Shown here: positions 32,611 to 43,900 of the stretch, in pieces
How positions within the stretch are numbered: the stretch's first letter is position 1
Layout: each line of letters opens with the position of its first letter
NCBI GenBank assembly: GCA_965235115.1
Contig: OZ249436.1
Span: forward strand, 41,542,001 to 41,602,000
Direction: 5' to 3'
DNA: 60,000 nt
Source of the DNA: Laetmonice hystrix
Lineage: Eukaryota
The notes under the pieces: model-generated
The model's input: the letters and a program-made list of their open reading frames with translations, nothing else
Told to the model about the DNA's origin: nothing
Database searches by the model: none
Position numbers and translations under genes: made by a program

Positions 32611-34927
32611 ATCGACGACCCTGCAATGCATGGCCTGAAGATGAGCAACTCTTCAGCTGAAGTGCCAATGTCTTCAATCCAAAATGCCAAAGTTAATGGC
32701 TATGAGGTTATTAAGACATATCCGGATGGAAGGTGTTTTTTCCGCAGTTTAGCTGTGGGTATGGATCAAGGGCTTCAGGGAATTCCGCGGGACAAATACG
32801 GCCTGCCACTGGAACCTATGATGCGCCTGCGTGAGCAGTGTCGAGCTGATGGCATTCGTGCCACAATGGTAGAGTATGATTACTCACCTAAAAGAGTGTG
32901 ATTCTGCCACACTGAATGCAGATTTACCCCCTCAGCTGCGGTTTGGAAGCCTTGATGAGCGAGTTGCTGCCATGGCAAACTCCACAGAGATGGTGGGAGA
33001 GATGGAAATAGTGGCGGTATCGCATGCAATAAAGCAACAGATTTATGTCCACATTGGGGAAAACATCCGTAAATACGGGGTGGAATACGCGTCATCACCT
33101 GTTCGAGTTCTATACACGCAGCTCGGTCAGGACGTTGGTCACTACGACTGTCTCCGTGTCATCTCGTCAAGAAAACAGCTGGTCGTCCCAGAAGATGTGT
33201 CGCCCCTCCCTGTGCCAACACGGAAACCAGTGACTTCGCGGTCCAGTAAGGCATCAGTACTGACCTCGAGTCCGTACAAGGAGGGCCTGGTGAGCAGAAA
33301 GAACCCCCCAAAACGGAAACCAAAGGCAGTACCCAAGAAAACACCAAAGAAATGTAAAATTTCAGACCGCAGGTCCCTTTCGGAAAGTTGGTACTGCTTT
33401 CTTTGTGATGAGGACAGAGCAGAAGATATGGTGAAGTGTTGTACCTGCGGGCATTGGGTCCACACGGCGTGCGCTGGAGATCCGGCGCATACCATATATG
33501 TGTGCGACCAATGTCAGGGCTAAATTGTATTGCTGACACACTGTGTGCGCTTCATTGTTTGCGATTCGTTATAGTTCTTTAACCTAGGCTACTTCTCGTT
33601 AACTTGAGAACCTTTGACCATGGAGTGTGAGAGCGTGTAAGAGTTCACCCCTGTTATACATTGTTTGCATTTTGAACTTGTTGCCCTGAAACAAATAAAG
33701 GTCAATAGGCCTACAGAAGTCGAAAAATCTAATTTTCAGCACTGCGTAAAGTTGATCCAGGGAAACTTTGCTCTCCTTACAGTTTTCGGAAACATTAAGG
33801 CATGGAGATAGATGTATAGCAGGGTCGTGTGCATAATTTTTCGAGGGGGGGGGGGGCTAGACCATTATAGGCCCCTAGCCTTGAAAATATTGACCCCAAA
33901 AATGCTTGCAGGTAACAAATAAATCCGAATAGGGCTTCACTTAACTAGAGTGAATATATTTCCCCATAAAAAAAATCGATACCGGGCATAATTCTCTTTT
34001 GCCATGGAAGTGTTTTTTTTTGAGTAGGAGATTTTGACCCCCGAACCCCTCCCCCATCAAATGGTGGTCCAAAATAGCATAGATCTACGCAGTGTTATTG
34101 CGCATTACGAAAGGTGGTTCTGTATATTGGACCAGGGGTTCATTATACCAGACTGGGTGGTCCAATATAGATGCCCAGTTTGGTATATTGGACCATTCAG
34201 GGATTTTTTTCATATTTCATTCGTATCTTTGTTATGAACTCAGCAGGGTTAGTTTCCATACCTTGCAGAACACTCACGGTTTGCTATCTAACGCTGATGT
34301 TGGAACAGTCAGGACCCCATATATTTTCAAATTATGACCAATTTTCCTTAGGTGGTCCAATATCCCCGACCTTCCCCTAGGCCTATAGATCTAGGCCTAT
34401 ATAGTCGAAATGGGGGGAAAATAGTTTGATCATAGATCCACATAGTGTCACGTTACAGTACTACCATTAATATTATGGTACCAAAATGATGGTACTACTA
34501 CAGGGGGGTGTTCCTCATCATGTCGTTAGCTTGTCGTATCGTTAACTCCAATGTATTTTCAATTGGGATTTTAAACCACGAGCTCTAGGATAACGATAGA
34601 TGAGGAACGCACCCCAGATCTGTGGTTTGATTAGGCAATGGTCATAGCGAAAAAAAAATTAACTTCGGCCTGGGGGCAAAAAAAAGATTTTCATGAAGAA
34701 AAACCATAGCCCCCCCCCCCCCCCAGGCTTTCAAATGGTCCGCCCCGTAACCAGATACCGTTTTTCTCAGGTTTTGACAAAATGTCTGTCGATATGTCAT
34801 TATGGGCCACCGTACATGCAATGATCCTGCTTTTTACGCAAGCGAGGTGGTCGCTTAGGATACGGATAATCAGAGCTGCTGACGCCAGACAGTCGAGCGC
34901 GTGGTCATTTCACAACAGGAACTCAAG

Positions 34928-36609
34928 ATGCCCAGCACGAAGGAAATGTGCGATCGCCTTATCAACGGCAAAAAGGTGATGGTGTTCTCCAAGTCATACT
35001 GTCCATACTGTACGAAGGCAAAGAAGGTGCTTGAGAAGCTCATAGCGAATGGCAAGTTATCGACTGAGGACTATGAAGTACTGGAGATCGAGGATCGGGA
35101 CGACTGTGAGGACATTCAGAATTACCTGCGGTCGTTGACTGGAGCTCGGTCGGTGAGTGTTGGGCCGGCCTACACGCGCCGCAGAGCCGGGTAGTGGACC
35201 GACCCGGTCGCCGTTGTAACGCGTCTCGGCACAGGTTCTGCCAGTCGGTGTTCGAGAGAGGTGGAAGATGGGAAGGGGGGGGGGGGGGGGGATTAGAACA
35301 TAGGGCCCTACCAAAGAAGTCCTAGCTAGACCTTCCACTCGGGGGCCCCTTTCATGTCAAATTATAATTATACTATAGCTATAGCCTGAGTCTATAGGCT
35401 AGGCCTCAATTATCATGAGGCCTAGACCCCCTACTAGCTAGGCCCTACCTATAGCCTACCTACTAAGTACTACTACTACTATACTACTACTTGCTACTAG
35501 GTAGATCTACTACTTAATAGACCTCTACATGAGGCCTATTGGATCCGGGGGGCGCACGCCCCCCCCCCCCTTCAATTCATTGAAAAAAATGGTTTGCACT
35601 CAGACCCCCCTCTTTCCACCCCCTTCAGTCTAAAATTCTGAGTCCGCTTTTACTAGTTTTATGGGCCTTTCACACCGCAGCCGATGCCGAGGGCGACACC
35701 GATGTCCATACCGAACTCGGCTGCAGTGTGAATGATGCACCGGCCCGATGCCGACATGTAGATCGCGACTGGTCCCCGACACCGGCCCGGCTGGCGGCCG
35801 TCCTCCGCGTCGGGTGAGGGATTGCTCCGACCCAGATGCACGGGAACGGGCCGGTCTCCAAGAAAATCGGTGGCCGACGTTTGAAAAATAGAACATGTTC
35901 TATAAGGCCTATTTGCCTCGCCGACGTTGGTGTCGGCCACCGACGTCGGCGTCGGTATCGGCCTTGGTGTGAATGCTCCCACTGGAAATAATGTGTTTAA
36001 AAAAAAAAAAAAAAACATCGGTGTCGCTGTCGATATCGGTGCCGGTATCGGCTGCGGTGTGAATGGGCCATTAGAGGGGGAGTGGCTCTATACGTCGCCC
36101 TCCATCCTGCTATGGAGTTTTGCAACGTCACTCAAGATGAGTCATTGATGACGTTCATATGATTGATGACCAGGACATGGTTGGGGTCGTCTAGTCGGCT
36201 TGTATCGAAGATGCCCTTTTTTTCGTTTTGTATCATTTCCTCCACAGCATAATAAGGCACACACAGACGTATAATTTGCTAGGTTATTCAAGTTGCTAGG
36301 TTATACGGTAATCGCACAAGAGGTATGCGGTGTAGCCTCTAGAGATCTATGTATATATAGAGTGAGGAGGGTGACTCAGTGACTCTCCCCAATAATTCTA
36401 TAATAAGCCATTATTATCGTTTTTACGTGACGTCCAAGATCTCAGGATCTCTATTACCGACCAGGAAACCCCTGCACTCGTACTGAATTCCTGCCTATAT
36501 TGATTTATTTCAGGTTCCACGCGTGTTTATCAAGGGGAAGTGTATAGGCGGCGGCGACGAGACTGCCCAACTTGCTTCTAGTGGAAAGCTGGTGGCGCTT
36601 GTCCAGTAA
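34928..36609 (+). CDS. GLRX: Dithiol glutaredoxin, 106 aa, two exons (34928-35152, 36514-36609)
   Basis: VMVFSKSYCPYC active site. TGARS|VPRVFIKGKCIGGGD is joined across a GT-AG intron. AATAAA at 36987. Confidence 0.92.
35663..36069. mobile_element. Harbinger-like palindromic MITE in the glutaredoxin intron
   Basis: GGCCTTTCACACCGCAGCCGAT ... ATCGGCTGCGGTGTGAATGGGCC. Confidence 0.65.
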
Positions 36610-38828
36610 ATCGGAACAGTGTCTGCATGGTGCACGCAAAATGTTGATCAGGAAAGAGGATATCAAAACCAAACACAACCATAGCGAGTGAGGACCGGAT
36701 AGTGAAGATAACCATGGAGCCAGGAGGGTGAGGACCAGATAGTGGCGACTACTGAGACTGACTGGGTTATTATGCTGAACGGAACGGCCAGTATTAGGAG
36801 CTTGTAGGATGTGTGTCAAAATATGGAGTTCTAGGCAATAGAACGTTTTTCACCTCGCCTCCGAATTGTAGGCCCCTACATTGTAATAATTATAATTCCA
36901 TCATGTTTGACTGTGATATACATGGGGTATATATCGGAGAAATCACATTATTGGTGAAAATGCATGCAATGCCTTTATGTTGAGTCAATAAAAGGCGTCG
37001 TATATTGAATATTACGCTCTTGTCATATCCGTACACATGAGTTTATAGCGGAAGCTTAATTTTCCGTGTGACAAAAATTTAGTCTGAAGTAAGGATCCAT
37101 AACCTGACCTTATCCCTAATCCCCAACCCCGGCCCCTACACCTCGCAAAAACGTATCCCTGACCTTAACCCGACCCCCTGCCAAAAAAAATTGTGGGGAA
37201 GTTGTCATGGGGGAATAACCCTATGGGTAAAGTGAAAAATCTAACACAACACGACATTATTCTCTGCCTATATATCGGGTTATGGCCGGTAGGTCGTTAT
37301 ATTTCTGTGTTAGGCATAACAATGAGATAAACTATATTACCGTCAGAGACCCCTCCCCCAAGCTGGTTTAATCCCTATCCTCGTGCGATCCGCCTACTGC
37401 TACCAGACACGACCCGACAATCACGTCCTCGATACCCATATTCCTTACCAGACCTGACATTCCCCAGTCCTCGAGACTCGTCTGTAACCCGTAAACACCC
37501 AAGACCAGCCCCTTCTACGTCTTCAGTTTACCGGAGTCGGGTTTACGTCTAACCAGCATGCCTTTCATATATGGATCAAGGAATATAATATTATAATGCT
37601 CCATGCCATACACTGAAAGGGGTCTTTTCACGAACTCTTAGTACCGACCGGTATAGTTTGCCAGCAGGTCAAAACAGGTCTTAAAATGGTCTTGTACTGA
37701 AGGAAACAACGGATCCAGCATTATAATAAGAGGGGGGGCAAACTTTTTAAGAATAGGCATTCATTAAAACTATAGGTCGAAATTCTTACTTGAAATAACA
37801 TTATTTAAACCATTGAAGGAACATCTTTTAGATATCTATTCAAGCAGCCAAACATGGCCATATAATAATGCTGCGATTTTTGAACTAAAAAAAGAACCTT
37901 TGTTGGGATCCGTGCCTGTCATGGCATGTAGTCCTAATTTACGATTCGATTTTCCTTATTATGAGGTGAAGAACACGCATATCGTCACGTGTATGTCGGT
38001 CAAATCTGCTGACACACCGCAGTAAAAACGCTGCCGTTATTCTTGTATACATGTGGACAGGGGCCATGTTTTACATTACTGCATGCATGCATACTTATGA
38101 CTGAACCGAGGAACAGTTACAGTGTATATACAGTCAAAACTAACCGCATCCTTGGCTTTCCTATACGAGTTACCTTATGAGCCATGCACCCTAACAATGC
38201 CGGCCTACCAACCCGGTCTTTGTCCGGGCCTATGTGTATACACAGACGAACATAACGAACATAGGCCTAGGCCCTAATTATTCAGGGCCCGGTTGCACCA
38301 ATGGAATTACGTGCTGTAAAGTTACATTACGAGTAAACCGTTGTACCAACACAACATACACATGCACGGACTTATACGATCAAAATGTACGTGTGGTGGA
38401 AGGTGGCGTATGTAAGTTAAATTGGCCGCGGGTGCAATTTTATTAGGCCTATAGCCTACTAGTAATAATTTGCCTATATAAACATTTGGGAGTGCATGGC
38501 TAGAAGTAGGCCCAGGCCTATATTCTATAGCCTAATAGGGGATAAAAACATTTCTGACAAAAAACTGGCGTAAATTACTTTGTATGGGAGTTAGTAGGGT
38601 AAGCCTAATCGTTTTAGTGCTCCAAGACATACAATTAATGTTCAGATCACCGTAACTGCTGCATGGACGTACAAAAAAGAATAACTTCTGAATGAGCCGC
38701 ATTCATTCAGCAGTAACTGTTCTGTTCAGTTCAGTCATAGTTTATGGACTATGCTATGGTAGTGGTGGTGGTGGTTCGACAATGCCAGTTTGGTCTGACT
38801 CACTTGCCAACAACCAGACTTCGGCATA

Positions 38829-39368
38829 TGCCGCTTTCACACTACATGTAAACCGAAGTGAAGCAAAGCCAACCGAACGTTGCGAACCGTAGGCCTATAG
38901 GCCTACTGCAGAATGCACACCATTCACACTAGCACAGAATGCGTATAGGCATAGGCTCTATCAATGCGCATTCCCCAATTCGATTCTGTTCACACTGCAT
39001 GCAGTATAGAATGCACTTCTTTTCACACTAGAAGTGAAGCGAAGCCCACTACCAGAGATGGTGGTAGGCCTACTAGAATGGAAGCTCTGTGGCACTACTC
39101 ACAGTGTTGTAATCGATAGCGCTACGCCGCCGTCATAATGCGCTTCGCTTCAATTCATATACTTCGGTACCTTTCAGACGAGCGCCAAATAGCGGGCCGA
39201 AGCGAACTGTAGGGCATATTCTAGAATTTGGGTGGAGGATACGAATTCTATAATTCGGTTTGGATGCGCATTTAAAGCGCTTTGATGCACATTGTGTATA
39301 TAGTGTGAATGGTGTGAATTCTAGAATGCGCATCAATGCACATTCTCGGTTGTAGTGTGAAAGCGGCA
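38829..39368. mobile_element. Harbinger-like MITE
   Basis: TGCCGCTTTCACACTACA ... TGTAGTGTGAAAGCGGCA. Confidence 0.7.
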
Positions 39369-39451
39369 TTAGCAACATGGTAGGAATTGTTTTGTCGTGT
39401 GGAGTAGATAGATAAATTAACACTAAAATGGAACATTTCGCTGCCTATATA

Positions 39452-39864
39452 CGGAGCCCTGTTGGGGACATGAAGAGAAAAAAAATTGTGGTGATCTAGA
39501 CATTACCACTTAGTGACGTCATTAACTCGTTATTACGACTTAATGATGTTACTAAGTCGTTATTACGAGTTAATCGCGTTCGTTTCAGAGAACAAAATTT
39601 GTGGTGATCTCGAAATTAGCACTTAGTGACGTCATTACGTCGTAATAACGAGTTAATGACTTCACTTAGTAGTAATTTCGAGATCACCACAATTTTTTTT
39701 CTCTGAACGCGATTAACTCACAATAACGACTTACTGACGTCATTAAGCCGTAATAACGACTTACTGACGTCATTAATCCGTAATAACGAGTTAATGACGT
39801 CACTAAGTGGTAATTTCGAGATCACCACAAATTTTTTTCTCTTCATGTCCTCAACAGGTCTCCG
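39452..39864. mobile_element. Foldback MITE with TA TSD and internal TGACGTCA subrepeats
   Basis: TA|CGGAGCCCTGTTGGGGACATGAAGAG ... CTCTTCATGTCCTCAACAGGTCTCCG|TA; almost wholly palindromic. Confidence 0.8.
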
Positions 39865-40937
39865 TAATAGTGTGCTATCACTGACTACAATAAAGCCTAC
39901 AATGACCAACTGGAGATTATCCCACTGCCTTCGTAACTGTTTATAAATGGTATAGACTCTATCTCTTAGTTACTATAGTTACTGTTTTGACCAAACAGTG
40001 GACGACCCGCCTGATATCTCCGGAAAGACCGGGACATAAATGGCTGAGAGCTTGCCTATTATTAATCAAAGCCGCGTCCAATTTTAATTACCAACTCGCA
40101 TGTCATATTCGGCCTACTTTCGCGTGCACGCCCGCACATAGGCCTTGACTCTTTTCAAAGTGTGCGTTAGGGCGTGGGGTGGGGTCGGGGCAGCGGAGAG
40201 TCGTCGCCTTAAATGAATGCATGGCTTTTATGGAAGCATTTTGCACTGATCCCGAATGAAGTCCTTCATTCATAACTTTTGTCCCTCATGTAAATCATCA
40301 ATGGCGGTGATAGGGGCAGCACATGCCACCACATACAGGCCCTCTCACGGTTTGGGGGTATGTAATAATAATTATGTCTTTATTCACACAGTAAAAAACT
40401 GGTGGAAGATAAAAAAAGAATAAAAGATATAAATAGCTAAGAATATACATCATTTGGTACATGAGAGTTCAGCTGTATTCGTTAATCCTCATTTGATAAA
40501 ATGTTACATACTGAATGTTCGTCCCTAAACGCGGGATATATCTATGTTATATATTTTAAGCCCTGCCGTTCAGTTTGGTGGCAGGCTGACGATTTGTTGT
40601 CAGTTATACCACTCCCAAAACAAAGGAACTCCGGGTCAATAAAATGTGTCCCTGATAATTAATGAATGGTCCTCGGCCTCCAGCCAAGTGAGACGGGTCG
40701 GGTCTGTTGCACCTTTTATTTATTTATTTGTTTATTTATTATCATGCGGTAAGTCATGACAATAACGAAATGCATGAGGTAAGAAATTTAGAAAGATGAG
40801 GACTCACAGTTGTTATTATTCAATATACAAAACTTTATTTTCATCTTCTTATACACATCATCTTCTTACAGACGCGGAATTAATTATATGAAAGCCCCTG
40901 GTAGCATGTAATGATGCGACTACCGCAACAATGGTCT

Positions 40938-43900
40938 TCATAAGGCCCGCAACTTCTTGGTTCCCACTGCTGAAATATACAAGTCACAATCCATGCATTC
41001 TTTATGCCAATAACTGGGTACAGCTGTGATCCTATACTCTCCCATCCCATACTGACAGTGCACAATTCTCAGACTTTGGTAACGTGAGCGTCGGGGGTTA
41101 TCTAATTCTAATTCCAGGGTCAGTCCTATGTTCACGTACACTACGGACTACTGATACCAAACACAGGTTATGGACACATCGACACAAGATGTTCCCTGAA
41201 GTGTCCCCTGTCACTGGATTCAGGGGCAAGTTACAACAGTCACTTGAAACAGAAGGTGGCATCAGAAAGGTGAGAGTGATATTTGAAATTGAAAAGGTAT
41301 AAAACGAAGACCCTACCAGGTAAAAAACAAAGACCCTGGCCAAAAAAACCGGAACGAATGCTACTATTGGTTTCATATTTTCTGGTCGTCCTCTCACAAC
41401 CAAAAGGACCATTTAGGCAGAGTATGGCCATAATCGGTGCAGTGGTTATGACTATTTGCATTGGTGTTCTCTATCAGTGGACCAATATACTGAGAAAACA
41501 TTACCATAGTAACGCAAAATAGACATGCGATGCTTGATCACAACCAAATTTTAACCAACGTTACAGAGGAGCGTTATATACTACACCTACCAATTGCAAT
41601 TTAGGCATAATCGGTGCAGTGGTTATGGTAACGTTGGGTAAAATTTGGTTGTGATCAAGCATCGCATGTCTATTTTGCGTTACTATGGTAATGTTTTCTC
41701 AGTATATTGGTCCACTGATAGAGAACACCAATGCAAATACTGCACCGATTATGGCCATACTCTGCCTAAATGGTCCTTTTGGTTGTGAGAGGACGACCAG
41801 AAAATATGAAACCAATAGTAGCATTCGTTCCGGGTTTTTTGGCCAGGGTCTTTGTTTTTTACCTGGTAGGGTCTTCGTTTTATAGGTCTTTGTTTTTTAC
41901 CTGGTAGGGTCTTCGTTTTATAGGTCTTTGTTTTTTACCTGGTAGGGTCTTCGTTTTATAGGTCTTTGTTTTTTACCTGGTAGGGTCTTCGTTTTATAGG
42001 TCTTTGTTTTTTACTTGGTAGGGTCTTCGTTTTATAGGTCTTTGTTTTTTACAGGTCTTAGGTCTTCGGTCTTCGTTTTATACACACCCGACTTTTACAG
42101 CCAGGGATTGAGCTGAGGATCATTCTTACCCCTGATACCCAAGAAGGGCATTAGAAAGGATACACCTGTAAGCGATATGGTCATTTCGGCTTCCATGTAA
42201 CTGCGCATGTGTGAGGTATTAGTCTGTGTCTGGATTTTTACATTACACAGTCATATTTATCCAAAGATGAATTAGATAAATCACGTCTCAAAAAAATGGA
42301 AACATGTACACAGCAACATGGAAATCCTGTCTGGTACAATGGCCGCCGCCCCTGTTATAGTCGTCTAAAATCTATAGGTAATCTAGTCCAATGGTCACTG
42401 GTGGAGACTGATTTCAGAAAAATAGGCATTTGACATTTCCGGGATGGCATGGAATGTCTTTCTATTACCAATACATATATGATAAATGGGTCACGGTTGG
42501 CTCATGCAATTGATATGGACAATGCCCAAATATACCGGTACTCTCAAATCTCCACTCCTAGGTGACTGCTTGTTGGATTTCATGACAAATACCAAATACC
42601 GTTCGTATGACGAATGCCTGGCCCCATGTAATAGTAGATATATTTGTACAGACATCAGTGGTGGATCGATCTGTGTAGAGAATGCCTTTCAACTGGCATC
42701 ATGCAAGCAAGTTACTTTGCACAGATCAAAACATCATTCATCATTAAATGTGTATGAGCGACAGATGAACACCTTTCAACATTGAATGTGTATGACCCAC
42801 AGATCAGAACACCTTTCAACATTGAATGTGTCTGAGCCACAGATCAGAACACCTTTCAACATTGAATGTGTCTGAGCCACAGATCAGAACACCTTTCAAC
42901 ATTGAATGTGTATGACCCACAGATCAGAACACCTTTCAACATTGAATGTGTATGACCCACAGATCAGAACACCTTTCAACACTGAATGTGTATCAGTCAC
43001 AGATCAGAATGCCTTTCAACATTGAATGTGTATAAGCCACATTCAATTGTTATTTTGGGGGATCGTTACTGCTCAAAATGTGTTTTACATCTTAGATAGC
43101 TGCTGAGTGGCCATTTTGAATGATATCAAAAATCTACTTGATGTGCGTCATCCTTAGACAGTCCCTGATCATTGTGCGAAGTTTCATACAATTTGACCGA
43201 CGCATTTCTCACTGTCTGCAGACGGACGTACATGCATACAGACGTGCGTACAAATGGACGGAGGGTAAATTAGAAGCCCGCCCTTTCGGGCTGGGGGGTA
43301 ATAAACGAGATAAAAGGCTGAGAAACCTACCGACGACGTGACAGACCTCGGCGTCCACACCTAGGCTAAGTAAGTAGTCGAGCCAGAGGATCTGTTTTGT
43401 AGACAGTCGATCACCCGGGCCCTTTACTTCTACAACCTAACCAATCAAAATAAGGTTAGAATAACATAGGTAACAATCTTGGCTTCAATAGACCATTTTC
43501 CGAACTACTACTAGCGCCACCTACAAGCTCCCTGGCGACATCAAAGTCGGTGCAAGCGCACCGCGTTGCTAGCGCTTGGGCAATAGCGAACAACGAAGAA
43601 AGGGGTGTTGAGCAAATCTGGGATTTTGAGTTTCTCCGTGTCAATATGAGCAGTTCGGGGTGGCCAGATTAATAAAACAATGGGGGTGATACGATACAGT
43701 CAGTTGGAATCTCGGTAACAGGCAGAAATAAGTTTTAATCGTGGTGTGAAGTTGAACGGTCGGAACTTTGACTTGAGCGATATTAGCAACATCGAGACAC
43801 CTGACAGTCGAAAACATTTCGATACTGACCATTAATGCCAGGTAACAAGCACTGTTGGTATGGAACATGTGCAAGTCACAGTAAATATGGGGCAGGAAAC

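Larger units (their letters stand above)
22356..33523 (+). pseudogene. pogo transposase pseudogene: HTH_psq - CENP-B HTH - DDE (DD36D) - Ala/Ser repeat - OTU-like - PHD finger
   Basis: Exon 1 is 22356-22384 (MAATSSSAG), with a GT-AG intron at 22385-22860; exon 2 is in frame with ORF 22898. Catalytic motifs NMDESG, LILDGH, QPLD. Removing the insertion restores ASESGWIDGDVFLVWLRHF. Disabled by TAG at 32110-32112 (W expected) and a 2-bp frameshift near 32876. Confidence 0.85.
22238..34377 (+). mobile_element. pogo-superfamily DNA transposon, interrupted by the Polinton-like element; outer part of left TIR missing
   Basis: Right end TGGTCCAATATCCCCGACCTTCCCC|TA. The left end retains only TATTGGACC. 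TATTGGACCA-like motifs are repeated near both ends and enclose the transposase gene. Confidence 0.8.
22118..34746. mobile_element. GGGCGGACCATTTGA-family MITE split by the pogo/Polinton insertion
   Basis: Left end GGGCGGACCATTTGA..poly-G..TATGG at 22118. Right end CCATAG..poly-C..TCAAATGGTCCGCCCC at ~34704-34746. AAAATAGTTTG subrepeats lie on both sides of the pogo. Another family copy starts at ~53328. Confidence 0.6.

Noticed and set aside
32271..32690. Antisense and alternative-frame repetitive ORFs (139, 97 and 96 aa)
   Set aside because: Shadows of the in-frame minisatellite in the pogo gene.
37098..37160. Telomere-like TAACCC repeats (also GGGTTA at ~7958-7990 and ~16720-16742)
   Set aside because: Short and degenerate, and typical of MITE interiors. 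Not a telomere or fusion site.
42761..43040. Regular 40-bp repeats (and the 38-bp array at 41847) superficially resembling a CRISPR array
   Set aside because: Head-to-tail units without unique spacers, in a eukaryotic intron, with no cas genes.
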